Below are positions 12,630 through 25,021 of a DNA stretch of 64,000 nt, one piece after another. Both the position numbers and the translations under genes were made by a program. Below the pieces are notes generated by a model. It was not told where the DNA came from. It worked only from the letters and a program-made list of their open reading frames with translations, and did not search any database. The stretch is from Octopus bimaculoides (Eukaryota). Numbering within the stretch: the first letter of the stretch is position 1; each line of letters opens with the position of its first letter. The stretch is from the NCBI RefSeq assembly GCF_001194135.2, contig NC_068984.1, forward strand, positions 2,094,790 to 2,158,789, written 5' to 3'.

Positions 12630-12830
12630 TAATCCTTTCTACTATAGGTACAAGCCCTGGAATTTGAGGGGAGAGGGATAGTCGATCAGATTGACCCCAA
12701 TACTTGACAGGTACTTAATTCATCGAGGATGAAAGGCACAGTCAACCTCGGTGGAATTTGAACTCAGAACGTAGCGCCAAGCATTTCGTCCAGTGTGCTG
12801 ACGATTCTGCCAACACACCGCCTTTTAATA
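12630..12830 (-). mobile_element. SINE family A
   Basis: CAACCTCGGTGGAATTTGAACTCAGAACGTAGCGCCAAGCATTTCGTCC. Confidence 0.8.
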
Positions 12831-13741
12831 ATAATGATAATGGGAAGGAAAAGATGAAAGCAAGAGAAACAGACAGACAGGTATCTGGGCAATGTGTTTA
12901 CCTCCTGCCTAACTGTGAAGTAATTAGCGAATTAGCTTGTATTGTTCTCGTCTAGAAACTTCTGTTGATTGTTGACTTATATTGATGTGAGGAGCATGAA
13001 GTGGGGTTGGAGCTGGCGGCGGTGGGGGAGGGTTTCCTTTTGTATAACTGCCGAAACGGAGACAAACTACCGCTGGTGGTGATGACATTACATCGCGTCT
13101 GGATGAATGACCGACACAAAAAAAACAACAACAGCTGAGCGCCTGTCTATTACTGGAACGTTTTCTTTGAAAAGAGAAAAACTTAAATATGTCAAAACAA
13201 GAGACACAAAGAAAATGAAATCAACCATGACAGTATATAAAGGAGAAATGGTGTCTTGTTTAGTCGCTGATCTCGTAGTAGTAATCTCACTGGATTAAAG
13301 ACGTTACAGCCACGACCATCTCGTCTCGTCTAAATCGAGAACTACATTGCCCGTTGTGTACATGTCAATCCTGTTTGTTGAAGGTAGGGTGTGTTCTGAG
13401 GGAAACATTGTCTGTCATATCCAACAGTTTGGTCGACTGCGTGGAGGCTACCCCGTTGGTTGGTTGGTTGTCAAGGCGTGTGTTTGTGATGTAGCTCGAG
13501 AATGAGGGTGAGAGAGACACGACGCTGGGAGGATAATGGAGAGAGAGAATGCGAGAAGAAAAGAAGTGAGGAGAGAGAAGAAGAATCTGATTGACACAGC
13601 GAGAGAGAGAAAGAGAGACTGGCGACATAGCTTCATGGACCATGGCATGTGGGTTCGGATAAAGGGGTGCGATGGCAACAACAGCAATAACAACAGTAAC
13701 GATAACTTACATACACGTGCGCGCGCATGTATACATTTGGA

Positions 13742-13748
13742 AGAGAGA

Positions 13749-13822
<74 letters not shown>
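13742..13822. repeat. (GA)n microsatellite
   Basis: GA array. Confidence 0.95.
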
Positions 13823-13825
<3 letters not shown>

Positions 13826-14439
13826 GAGTCATTATATAGACATAAATCTCTAATATCGACTTATAGCTTCATAGAGGCCTGGGAACAATTGGACGTTTTC
13901 TTGGTCGTTCCAGCTACAAGAAATAACAACCAAACCTCCCTAAAATGAATTTAAAGTATTTGTTTTTTGTTGTTTGAGTTTCGGTAAAGAACAGTGGTAG
14001 GATTTTAAAAAATGAAGGCAGACATTGTATAAAATAGGACAAAGTACATTATATAAGGAAGAAAATGAGAATGGATGGTCGTTACTGGAACGATGTTGAT
14101 CCTAAGTCTACTAGATCAATACAACAACGATGCAATCAGTTCATAAAATATTGGTTAATCTTCAGATGTGTTCTCCCAGAGGAAAGAGACTATTAATAAG
14201 AAAACAAAAACTCCTAAAGTATTCATTTAAATCTTGCAGTGTTTCTAAAATAATTAATAATGACATTATTCTAATGACGTGTCCCATCAAATATTGTTAG
14301 AAATATTGTTACAAATCTATCAAGCCCACTGCTTTACTTTAATAAAAAAGAAGCAACGACAAAATAATGTCTGAAATATATTTGTTGCTATTTAGCAGAC
14401 ATTTTGCAAAGTTATTTCAATATTGTAAATATTTTCACA

Positions 14440-14612
14440 ACGGCGAATTAATAGAATCGTTAGCAGGCCGGACGAAATGCTTAGCGGAATTTCGTCCGTC
14501 CCTATGTTGTAAGTTAAATGTTCGCTTTTGTCTTTCATCCTATCGGGATCGATAAAATAAGTACCAGATGAACTAGTCAACTAGTCTCATTCTTCAAAAT
14601 TGCTGGCCTTTG
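14440..14612 (+). mobile_element. SINE family A
   Basis: GAATCGTTAGCAGGCCGGACGAAATGCTTAGCGG..TTTCATCCTATCGGGATCGATAAAATAAGTACCAG. Confidence 0.75.
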
Positions 14613-14843
14613 AAATCAATATCGGGAATATTTTCTAGGCATGGCAAGAATCTTGCTTCTCAACCACATGGTTCTGGGCTCAGTTGAAGTGCCTTCTACC
14701 CTAGATGGAAAGTGTCGCTGAAGAGGCCACAGATGTGTGACGAAAGATTTCCAGACAATGGACATGAGTTAGAATAAGAACAATTATAAACGATTGAAGA
14801 ACAGATATACAGTGCGTGTGTTTACTTAAATAACAGTATATAT

Positions 14844-14878
<35 letters not shown>

Positions 14879-15181
14879 NNNNNNNNNNNNNNNNNNNNNN
14901 NNNNNNNNNNNNNNNNNNNNNNNNNNNNNNNNNNNNNNNNNNNNNNNNNNNNNNNNNNNNNNNNNNNNNNNNNNNNNNNNNNNNNNNNNNNNNNNNNNNN
15001 NNNNNNNNNNNNNNNNNNNNNNNNNNNNNNNNNNNNNNNNNNNNNNNNNNNNNNNNNNNNNNNNNNNNNNNNNNNNNNNNNNNNNNNNNNNNNNNNNNNN
15101 NNNNNNNNNNNNNNNNNNNNNNNNNNNNNNNNNNNNNNNNNNNNNNNNNNNNNNNNNNNNNNNNNNNNNNNNNNNNNNNNN

Positions 15182-15470
15182 NCTCACTGTCCTGTTCTTG
15201 TTAACACTTTCACCCATCGCAAAAAATCCCAAATTTGGTTTAATTTGCTTTGCGGGAAGGTCTGTTCCAACGAAGTCGCGTATTATCCTTGCCTTCGAAA
15301 CGCGGAGTAGTTGAAACAGGGACAACTGAAGAAGGGTTATACTCTTTATGTTGCATGTCTCGTTTCTCTGTTTTTCATTGTTCGAAAAAAAGTTCGTTTT
15401 CTATGTTTTCGTTATGTTTTCGTTTCTCATTGTGTTTAACGTTTTTTTTTTTAATATCCTGTACCCATAT
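15182..15470. mobile_element. Interspersed repeat, possibly Penelope-related
   Basis: Its end (15420-15470) recurs in reverse complement at 43075-43135; contains CGAAACGCG and CTGAAGAAGG motifs typical of PLE termini. Confidence 0.35.
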
Positions 15471-15580
15471 ATGCATGTATGTATGCATATAGATGTAGGT
15501 ATGTACATATATGTATGGATATATGCATATATTTATTTATTCATTTCATATATATATATATATATATATATGCATATATT

Positions 15581-15624
<44 letters not shown>

Positions 15625-15625
<1 letters not shown>

Positions 15626-15738
15626 ACGGAATTCTTTCAGTTCCCGACTACCAAATCCACTCACAAAGCTTTTGTCGGCCCGAGGCTACAGTAGAAGACA
15701 CTGAAGCCAGAACCATGTGGTTGGTAAGCAAGCTACTT
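15625..15738 (-). mobile_element. SINE family C (partly deleted)
   Basis: TTTCAGTTCCCGACTACCAAATCCACTCACAAAGCTTTTGTCGGCCCGAGGCT..ACCATGTGGTTGGTAAGCAAGC. Confidence 0.75.
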
Positions 15739-15739
15739 T

Positions 15740-16470
15740 ATTTCATTCAATTTGCCATCAAGACATTACACAGAAGTAGTAGCTGCGAGCTGGACAATAA
15801 CATTAGCGGAATACATCTTCTGGGAAGGAGTCCATTATCCGTGTCTGAGATGACCTCCACAGCTACCTGCGGAGGCCATCCAAGATCTTTAATGCTGGTT
15901 ATGTCTCCTCCCCTGGCAAACTTTTTTGTAAACTTTCCCACCGCCTCTCCCTTGCGGAAGAAGACCAAATATTGTTCCTTCACTGGGTCGAGGCCACAAC
16001 TTCCGTCGGTGGCACAATTTCCACCGACGGGGCTTCGGAACATACCGGCAGTGTATTAACCGCCGGCACTGTCCCATTTTTCTTCTTTTTTCTCCCCTTC
16101 GCTACGGGAGGGTGTAGTTCCTCCGCTTTAACCAGAGGATCTTCCCTCCCTCCCGCAGCCTTGGGGTCCTTCGGTGGGTAACCATTGTTGCCCACCTTTT
16201 TTCACCTTTTTTCGGAGGGGTGTCTTCACTGCCTCCATCTCTCTCTCCGAAGGAGGAAGTGGGGGTTCTTCCATCACTAACTGTTCCAGGACATCTGGTG
16301 CTGGGGCAGTTTTTTTTAATGTGGCCTGGTTCCAGGCATAAGTGACACTTGGGTGGGGTGGGGGCATCCCTCAAGAATCATCGGATACCTAGAACCGGCC
16401 ATTTTAAGAAAATCTGGAAACACCAAATTCTTGGCTGATTGGGCCCACAGGGTCAAAACCACTTTACGAG
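15740..16470 (-). mobile_element. Gag-like ORF1 remnant of an L1/Tx1-type LINE
   Basis: CCHC knuckle CHLCLEPGHIKKNC (16306-16347) preceded by FPDFLKMAGSRYPMILEG; frameshifted; no ORF2 adjacent. Confidence 0.6.
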
Positions 16471-16711
16471 AAAATTTTCTGAGAAAAGAAAAGTAGTGTT
16501 TCATCGTGCACTTATTGAAAAACATCCTGAAGTGGTTGTGTGTGTGGGGGGGGGGCGGAGTGTGTGATTCTGTGTAAAGAAATACATTATCGTGACAGTA
16601 TATTTGAATAAAATATAATTTCATAAAGTTATCAAACATAAACTACATTACGAGAGAAGCGTATTTCAGCTCTATATTCTTTCAGATCAATTATTCTTTT
16701 ATTCTTTTTTT

Positions 16712-16800
16712 TTTGTTTGTTTCAATCATTTGACTGCGGCCATGCTGGAGCACCGCTTTTAGTCGAACAAATTGACGCCAGGACTTATTTTTTGTAAGCC
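16712..16800 (-). mobile_element. SINE family C tail
   Basis: TTTCAATCATTTGACTGCGGCCATGCTGGAGCACCGCTTTTAGTCGAAC. Confidence 0.75.
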
Positions 16801-17094
16801 TAGTGTTTGAAGAATATGTAATAATGTGCTGGGGAATGGGAAATAATGAGTTGATGTGACCTCCCCCTCACACAAATGCTGTTGTATTGTAAGCAATGTT
16901 TTTGGTAAACAGTCTGTGACAACATGGCCGTTTTTCAACGTTTTATTATTAGTAACAGTTAGCGTACCTAACGGACTTGTGCTCGTCTTGCTTCCACGCC
17001 TACAACACTTGGTCTCCCATCTTTATTCGACGCTTCAGTTGCAGGGCAATTATTGGATATATTTGGAAAAAAAAAAATCACACATATATAGTTA

Positions 17095-17195
17095 TTGCGC
17101 GGTAAGAAGCTCGCTTCCCACCCACATGGCCCCGGGTCAGTCCCACAGCGTGGCACCTTGATCAAGTGTCTTCTACCGTATTCTAAGCCGACTAT
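17095..17195 (+). mobile_element. SINE family C head
   Basis: GGTAAGAAGCTCGCTTCCCACCCACATGGCCCCGGGTCAGTCCCACAGCGTGGCACCTTG. Confidence 0.7.
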
Positions 17196-17890
17196 ATATG
17201 GTAGAAGTTAACTCATGAACGAGTAAGAACGCTTCCTAAACTCAGTAAGTCCGTGCCAACGTATCGAGGGTCCAAGAGGTTCCTTAGCGTGAATTTGTTT
17301 TGTGTGAATAAAGTGTTGCACATCATTGAACCCATTTTTCAGCGCAAACAGCTACAAAACAAGTGGCACAGAAACAGACGTTGAGACATCCAGAAACCAA
17401 CGGAACTTTAGGTTTTGTTTTTACGAATTTACCTTCTCCAAGAAAGAAGTTCTAAGGAGATCTAGGGGTCCTTCACATCCGGTGCTTCACTTGCTAATAA
17501 ATCTATAACTGGAACCCTCACAGGTGCTACTACTCTGGGTCAGGGTAGACCGAGGAATAGTAGTGGCCATGGAGGGGTTCCACACTCCTCGAAACATTGG
17601 AACTCTCGTACCAGGGCCCCAAAACCGGATGCAGTTTAGAGCCCTACCAAGGACGTATATATATATACATACATTACATACATTCTAAACAAAACAGTCC
17701 GACGAACGGGAACGTGAAACTCTGAGTAACATGTTTTGTGATATTTTTGCTGCTTTTTAATAAAGCATATTACTCTACCCCTGGTATTCGAGTATTATTT
17801 TTTCCACCTTGTTTCGCATTTATGTGATTACTCTGGTGTACATATACATACATGCAGACAGATAGATAGATAGATAGATGATAGATAGAT

Positions 17891-17949
<59 letters not shown>

Positions 17950-18100
17950 GTATATATATATGTATATATATACATATATGTATGTTTAATGTATATATTT
18001 ATATATGCACGTTTGTGTGTGGGTATATATATATATATATACATGTATATATATGTATGTATGTATGTATGTTTGTATGTATATATATATATATACATAC

Positions 18101-18139
<39 letters not shown>

Positions 18140-18140
<1 letters not shown>

Positions 18141-18300
18141 CTACACTCCAGGAGTGGTTGGCGTTAGGAAGGGCATCCAGCTGTAGAAACTCTGCCAAAT
18201 CAGATTGGAGCCTAGTGTAGCCATCTGGTTCACCAGTCCTCAGTCCAATCGTCCAACCCATGCCAGCATGGAAAGCGGACGTTAAACGATGATGATAATA
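18140..18300 (+). mobile_element. SINE 3' half with (GAT)n-ending tail
   Basis: GGAGTGGTTGGCGTTAGGAAGGGCATCCAGCTGTAGAAAC..CCAACCCATGCCAGCATGGAAAGCGGACGTTAAACGATGATG. Confidence 0.7.
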
Positions 18301-18481
18301 ATGATGATATATATATGTGAATGTATGAATGTATGTATGTACGATGGTTTGTTTTAGTATTGTCTTCTGCATTGAACTCTGCAAACGTGCGGTTGTCTGT
18401 GTATGTGCGCATGCGCACCTATGTGACTGTATAGATATATACATTTATAAACCAACGTATACACACACACAAGACCTTATG

Positions 18482-18524
<43 letters not shown>

Positions 18525-18719
18525 GGATATATAGATAGATACTTAAAGACGTATATATCGAAAATAAATACAAACCAAAAGACAAGAAATGCTCCCCCCA
18601 TCTGAAATGTCTTCCATTCTATGCTGCGTAAAATCACACACACACACACACACACGCATACGTACACACATACACACACATACACACATGCACACGCGCG
18701 CAAACACACGCACGCAAAC

Positions 18720-18805
<86 letters not shown>

Positions 18806-18839
18806 ACATTCACGCACACGCCCTATCACAGCTTTCTGA

Positions 18840-19055
18840 TCCGGCTTCAGTGTCAATATGGCGGCCATTACCATGGTTTATTAATAAAAGCATGACTTAA
18901 GGCGTAAAGTCGTGTGCCAGCGACCAGAGAGGTTAACAATTCCGGACAGTTTCGCTATTGAATCGGCCTTTTCCGGAAATCTTCTCTTCCGTTCAACATT
19001 GTCAACGGCAGGTTTCTATTTCCTTGTTTTCAACAAAAATCAACTTCCTGTTTTT
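18840..19055. promoter_or_regulatory. Promoter-like island (YY1 + ETS cores)
   Basis: CAATATGGCGGCC (YY1-like, 18854-18866), TTCCGGA, TTCCGGAAAT, CTTCCG, ACTTCCTG in a non-repetitive CpG-richer stretch. Confidence 0.3.
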
Positions 19056-20232
19056 GTTTAGATTTATTAATCTTTTAGTTGTGTTACACGTGTAATGTTA
19101 TGGGTATTTGTTGTTTGCGTGGCTCTGCTCGTGCTGTGCGTACGCGCTTCTGCACGTGTGTGGGCATGAATATTCTTATCCGTGCATACGTACGTGCATC
19201 TATACTCTTATACACATGCACGTGTGTGTACATATACATATGTATTTAGAAATACATGCATATATACGTACACACACACACAAACACTCACAAACATATA
19301 TATATATATGTGCATGTATGTATAAATATACACACACAAACAGCTATAATCATATACATACACACAAACACGTTTATATATATATATATATATATATNNN
19401 NNNNNNNNNNNNNNNNNNNNNNNNNNNNNNNNNNNNNNNNNNNNNNNNNNNNNNNNNNNNNNNNNNNNNNNNNNNNNNNNNNNNNNNNNNNNNNNNNNNN
19501 NNNNNNNNNNNNNNNNNNNNNNNNNNNNNNNNNNNNNNNNNNNNNNNNNNNNNNNNNNNNNNNNNNNNNNNNNNNNNNNNNNNNNNNNNNNNNNNNNNNN
19601 NNNNNNNNNNNNNNNNNNNNNNNNNNNNNNNNNNNNNNNNNNNNNNNNNNNNNNNNNNNNNNNNNNNNNNNNNNNNNNNNNNNNNNNNNNNNNNNNNNNN
19701 NNNNNNNNNNNNNNNNNNNNNNNNNNNNNNNNNNNNNNNNNNNNNNNNNNNNNNNNNNNNNNNNNNNNNNNNNNNNNNNNNNNNNNNNNNNNNNNNNNNN
19801 NNNNNNNNNNNNNNNNNNNNNNNNNNNNNNNNNNNNNNNNNNNNNNNNNNNNNNNNNNNNNNNNNNNNNNNNNNNNNNNNNNNNNNNNNNNNNNNNNNNN
19901 NNNNNNNNNNNNNNNNNNNNNNNNNNNNNNNNNNNNNNNNNNNNNNNNNNNNNNNNNNNNNNNNNNNNNNNNNNNNNNNNNNNNNNNNNNNNNNNNNNNN
20001 NNNNNNNNNNNNNNNNNNNNNNNNNNNNNNNNNNNNNNNNNNNNNNNNNNNNNNNNNNNNNNNNNNNNNNNNNNNNNNNNNNNNNNNNNNNNNNNNNNNN
20101 NNNNNNNNNNNNNNNNNNNNNNNNNNNNNNNNNNNNNNNNNNNNNNNNNNNNNNNNNNNNNNNNNNNNNNNNNNNNNNNNNNNNNNNNNNNNNNNNNNNN
20201 NNNNNNNNNNNNNNNNNNNNNNNNNNNNNNNN

Positions 20233-20280
<48 letters not shown>

Positions 20281-20929
20281 CATGTACGATGGTTTGTTTT
20301 AGTATTGTTTTCTGCATTAAACTCTGCAAACGTACGGTTGTCTGTGTATGTGCGCATGCGCACCTATGTGACTGTATAGATATATACATTTATAAACCTA
20401 TGTACACACACACAAGACCTTATCATTAGTACACACACACACACACACACACAGAGGACCTTCTCATTATCAGCGTCCGTGATGTTTCTACACTTGTTCT
20501 CTGTTGACATTACACTTGTTCCATTTCGCTTTTGCTACTTTTTTGTTTATTGAATTTGTTTTTAAGGGTGATGATGATGATGGTGGTGGTGGTGGTGGTG
20601 GTGGTGGTGGTAGTGGTGGTGCTGGTGATGATGGTGTTGCTGTGGTTGTTGTTGTTGTTGTCATGGTTGTCATTATGGTCGTGGATGTTGTTTCCATGAT
20701 TGTTGCTGTATTCGCTGTTTGCTATTGTTGTTGTTGTTGTTGCTGACCTCTTCGTTGTGGTCATGGTGGTAAGGGTTGATATTGTTCTTGTTATTCTTAT
20801 TATTGTTACTGTCGTTGTTGTTGTTGTTGTTGTTGCTGAGATTTTCGCCTTCGTTGTTCCTCTTCTTAATACTGTCGTCCTCACCGTTGTTGCTGCCATT
20901 CCGTGATTCCTTCAGTCTTCATATTCCTC

Positions 20930-21085
20930 TGATAGTCTCACATTTCGGCACAAGGCCAGCAATTTCGGGGAAAGGGGAAAATCGATTCATCGACCCTCCC
21001 CTTCCCCCGAGTTCAACAGGTACTTATTTTATCGATCTCGAAAGGATGAGAAGCAAAGTCGAAGTCGGCGAAATTTGAACATACC
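20930..21085 (-). mobile_element. SINE family A fragment
   Basis: GGCACAAGGCCAGCAATTTCGGGG..GGTACTTATTTTATCGATCTCGAAAGGATGAGAAGCAAAGTCG. Confidence 0.8.
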
Positions 21086-21128
21086 TCTAATATTGGGGTA
21101 GTTTTATTCTCATAGAATTTGGGTAATC

Positions 21129-21183
<55 letters not shown>

Positions 21184-21447
21184 CCATCACCATCACCATC
21201 ATCACCACCTTCTTCTTTCGACACCACGACCACCACTACCGCCACTATCAGCTCCCACCTCGTTTCCACCACTGTTATTTGATACAGGACTCAATACTTG
21301 GATGAGAGTACGCAGATATGCTTACTTCACCCAATAAGTTACAGTCTACACGTGTTTCGCTGATCGCGACGATTCTGTTGTTGATATATTTAATATATCT
21401 GTGCTTTCACACAGACCCACACACATATACATATGTATGTATGTATG

Positions 21448-21480
<33 letters not shown>

Positions 21481-21639
21481 TTGTATATATATATATATTT
21501 ATATATGTATCCATATATATATATACATACATATATATATATATACATCTGCATATATATTCATATATGTTCATATATACACATACATATACATATACAC
21601 ATATACATACACTTACACACAGTATACATTTATATATGC

Positions 21640-21685
<46 letters not shown>

Positions 21686-21825
21686 ATGTATATACATACA
21701 TACACGTATACACGCGCGCATGCGCGCACACATAAAAGATGTCACTAGGAAATGTGAGATAATGAACGGTAGAAGTGAGTGAGAGAAAGAGAGAGAAGGA
21801 AAAAGAGAGAACGAGCAGTGAAAGA

Positions 21826-21889
<64 letters not shown>

Positions 21890-22049
21890 ATAGTAGTAGT
21901 AGTAGTAGTTGTAGTAGTTGAGTGATGGTAACAGAAAATAATGAAAATGAAAGAAAATAGAAGTCGTGTGTGTAGGTGCGTGTTTACAGTTGTACATACA
22001 TGTATATGTTGCTGCATGTGTTTGTGTTGGACTGTGTGTGTGTGTTGTG

Positions 22050-22088
<39 letters not shown>

Positions 22089-23154
22089 CGGTTGTATGTA
22101 TGCGAGTGTTTCTCTGAACGTATGTGTGTGTATGTTGGGCTGTGTACGTGTGTGTGTATTCAGCTGTGTGTACGTGTGTGTGTTTGTGTGTGTGTGTGTG
22201 TTTTAGTGTTTCCGCGTATTAGAATGTTCGGTTTAATGCCCCCCCCCTCATACACACACACACATATATACACAAACAAAATAAAATGCTAAATAAAAAA
22301 TAAAGAATAAAAACTAGTGGAAGCTAAAATCCCTTCGACTGATTCAGACACGTTTCGATCGGATCACGTCACTGGTTTCCTCTTCGTCGTCCTCATCCAC
22401 TGCCATGCCTTCCTTTAATGGTTCATTCACGTTTGGAACACTTCACAATCAATTGCATTTCGCGGAAATTTCTTTAACCAGGAAAACGTCTTTGCTTGCC
22501 AGAATTCATTTTGCAACGATAAGTAATTTCCCGCCAACAAAAAATATATTGTTCAGCGTCGACTATCGCTTGCAAAGAAATGCAAACATCGGACGTGGTA
22601 TTTGCACTCTCTTATGTCAAGAGATACAGAGAAGAAGAGAGGGAAGAAAAAAGACAATTAGATAACCAAACAGGGGAAAGGAAGCCAAACTTATTTTAGC
22701 AACAAAATACACGTTTATACACGAGGACAAACCTGTGAGAATTTAATTTAAAAGAATATTTGACTTAAAATGTAAACGGCTCGCAGATTTGCTTTCCGAA
22801 GTTTATTTACGTGAGTGGAAACAAGAAAGTTGGCGAATATTTCAATAAATCTTTTCGCCTTCCGAATGTTCTGTCATTTGACTGATCTCTGTGCCCAGAA
22901 ATAGTTGAAATGGTGTGAGACGAAGACAAATACGAATGATGTGACATTGCCAAGAATAGGAAGATACCATGTTGCATTGAAATGCCATGTCATATCAAAT
23001 AGAATAGTAACCAGAATACAAAGCTGGAATGGTTAAGGGAATCGACAATAGAACTGTTGTGATTGCTGTTGTCGTCATTGTTTAACCACCCTCCACCACC
23101 CCAGACCCATGATCAATGTCCTTCTGTCTATGACCATCCCGCCTTTTTTTTATT

Positions 23155-23256
23155 CAGGGCATATGGTGTAGTGGTTAAGAGCGCAAGCTACTAACCCCAA
23201 GTTTCCGAGTTCGATTCCAGGCAGTGACCTGAATAATAATAATAATAATAATAATG

Positions 23257-23287
<31 letters not shown>

Positions 23288-23469
23288 CGAAAAATACCTT
23301 AGGAATAAGAACCCAGGTTCGAAATTTCCCCAAGACACCTGATGAAGGCTGGAGGGTATATCAGCCGAAATGTTGTGTTAACAACAAACAAGATGAGGAC
23401 AAATATCCGTCAATTGTAAATAATGTAAATAATGCATATAATTCCTCGTCTCTTAAATATAGAACTGTA
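23155..23469 (+). mobile_element. Composite element: tRNA-like head + (AAT)n + hammerhead-like tail (copy 1, uninterrupted)
   Basis: A box TGGTGTAGTGG, B box GAGTTCGATTCC, AAT linker, hammerhead-like motif 23334-23379, tail with TGTAAATAA repeats; recurs at 38.3 kb and 39.1-40.3 kb. Confidence 0.75.
23334..23379 (+). ncRNA. Minimal type-I hammerhead ribozyme-like motif
   Basis: GACAC-CTGATGA-A-GGCTG(GAGGGTATAT)CAGCC-GAAA-T-GTT-GTGTT; stem I GACAC/GTGTT, stem II 5 bp, loopless stem III. Confidence 0.6.
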
Positions 23470-23716
23470 AAGTATTAAAGACGATATTTTCCAAACGTTT
23501 TTAATAGGGTAGAGTATGCTTTGAAGGAAATTTGACTGTTATTTCTAGTAGATCCTGTGACCATATACAAGCTCCTTCGCTGAATCGAGTCTATTCAGTC
23601 TTACTGCGTGGAGAAGTAATTCTTGGTGATTCCTATTTGGGTTCGAATCTCACTTGAAAGCATTTACGCTCAGCTCAGAGATTTCCTCTCTAGCAAAACA
23701 CGATCATCATGAGTAG

Positions 23717-23758
<42 letters not shown>

Positions 23759-24256
23759 CGGCCACCACGCAGGAAGATGGAGAAAACTCCTGCCGTATCC
23801 CAACTGTTAATCGGTTTTAATTCGCAGCTTATACATTCTCTCCTGACACTGGGAAATATTTTTAGGAAAAGAATGAACATCGCGTATTCTTATTTCCGTC
23901 TTCCACTAAAATATACGGAGTTTACACCTCGTGAAAGACAAAAAAGCTGACATGGTAAGATTTGAAACCAGAACCTTGAAGTAGCGCATGGAAACCACAA
24001 ATATCTTGATGAAAGGAGCCTATAATTCTCTGTATAATGTATGTTATTATTGTTTAGCCACAGGCTAAATCCTATGATAAAAAATGATTATTGTATATAT
24101 TTTAGATAAATAGGAATACATTTTCTCGTGTCATTCTTTTTGTTAAGTGAGTGAGGTGTAATTTAGCGGAATTTTGTTTCTGTTTCAAGCAAACCACATT
24201 ACCAATTAAATATACGCGTGTTCCACAAATATCGGTGTGTGCAATACAAACTTATT

Positions 24257-24592
24257 TATAGAAATTGCTATATCAAGTGTATGTGTGTGTTCCGTAAATC
24301 TCTCTTGCGCCCTTTTAAAGCCTAGCCAGGCTCATGGGCCCGGTTTCCCGGTTTCTACGGCGTATGAACGGGACGCCAGTCCATCGCAGCGTTACTCAAG
24401 AAACAGGAAGAAAGAGTGAGAGAAAGTTGGGGCGAAAGAATACAAAAGGGGGTCGCCACTATCCCCTGCCGGAGCATCGTGGAGCTTTAGTTGCTTTCGC
24501 TCAATAAACACCACAACGCCCAGTCTGGGAATCGAAACCGCGATCCTCCGACTGCGAGTCCGCTGCTCTAACCACTGGGCCATTGCGCCTCA
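24257..24592 (-). mobile_element. tRNA-derived SINE family D, full length
   Basis: RC head GAGGCGCAATGGCCCAGTGGTTAGAGCAGCGGACTCGC..GGTTTCGATTCCC. Confidence 0.8.
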
Positions 24593-24814
24593 ACGTGTTC
24601 CATAAATAGTGAAGTCACATCTACAAACGGTGTTGTGCAGCGACTGTAATCACCAGTCTCTTACTGCAAGGACGGATGACACGATGCCAGATGTTTAAAA
24701 CATTCATTTTCACCTCCTGGTGAATGCAGTCACCCCAACAAGGCTGGTTGGATACTGTGAACCAAAAATTAAGCCCCTAACACACACACGCACACATGCG
24801 CATACACGCGCGCG

Positions 24815-24857
<43 letters not shown>

Positions 24858-24937
24858 ATGCGCACACACACACATGCACGTGTACACATGCATGCATTCA
24901 AACAGACACATATGCGCACACATACACACAGATATAA

Positions 24938-25021
<84 letters not shown>

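Noticed and set aside
12901-13101. Minus-strand proline-rich exon
   Set aside because: Stops in all frames; at best a UTR exon and unverifiable here.
22340-22445. Minus-strand acidic peptide MAVDEDDEEETSDVIRSKRV as a terminal exon
   Set aside because: In-frame stop just upstream and no good acceptor; more like a PLE-terminal relic.
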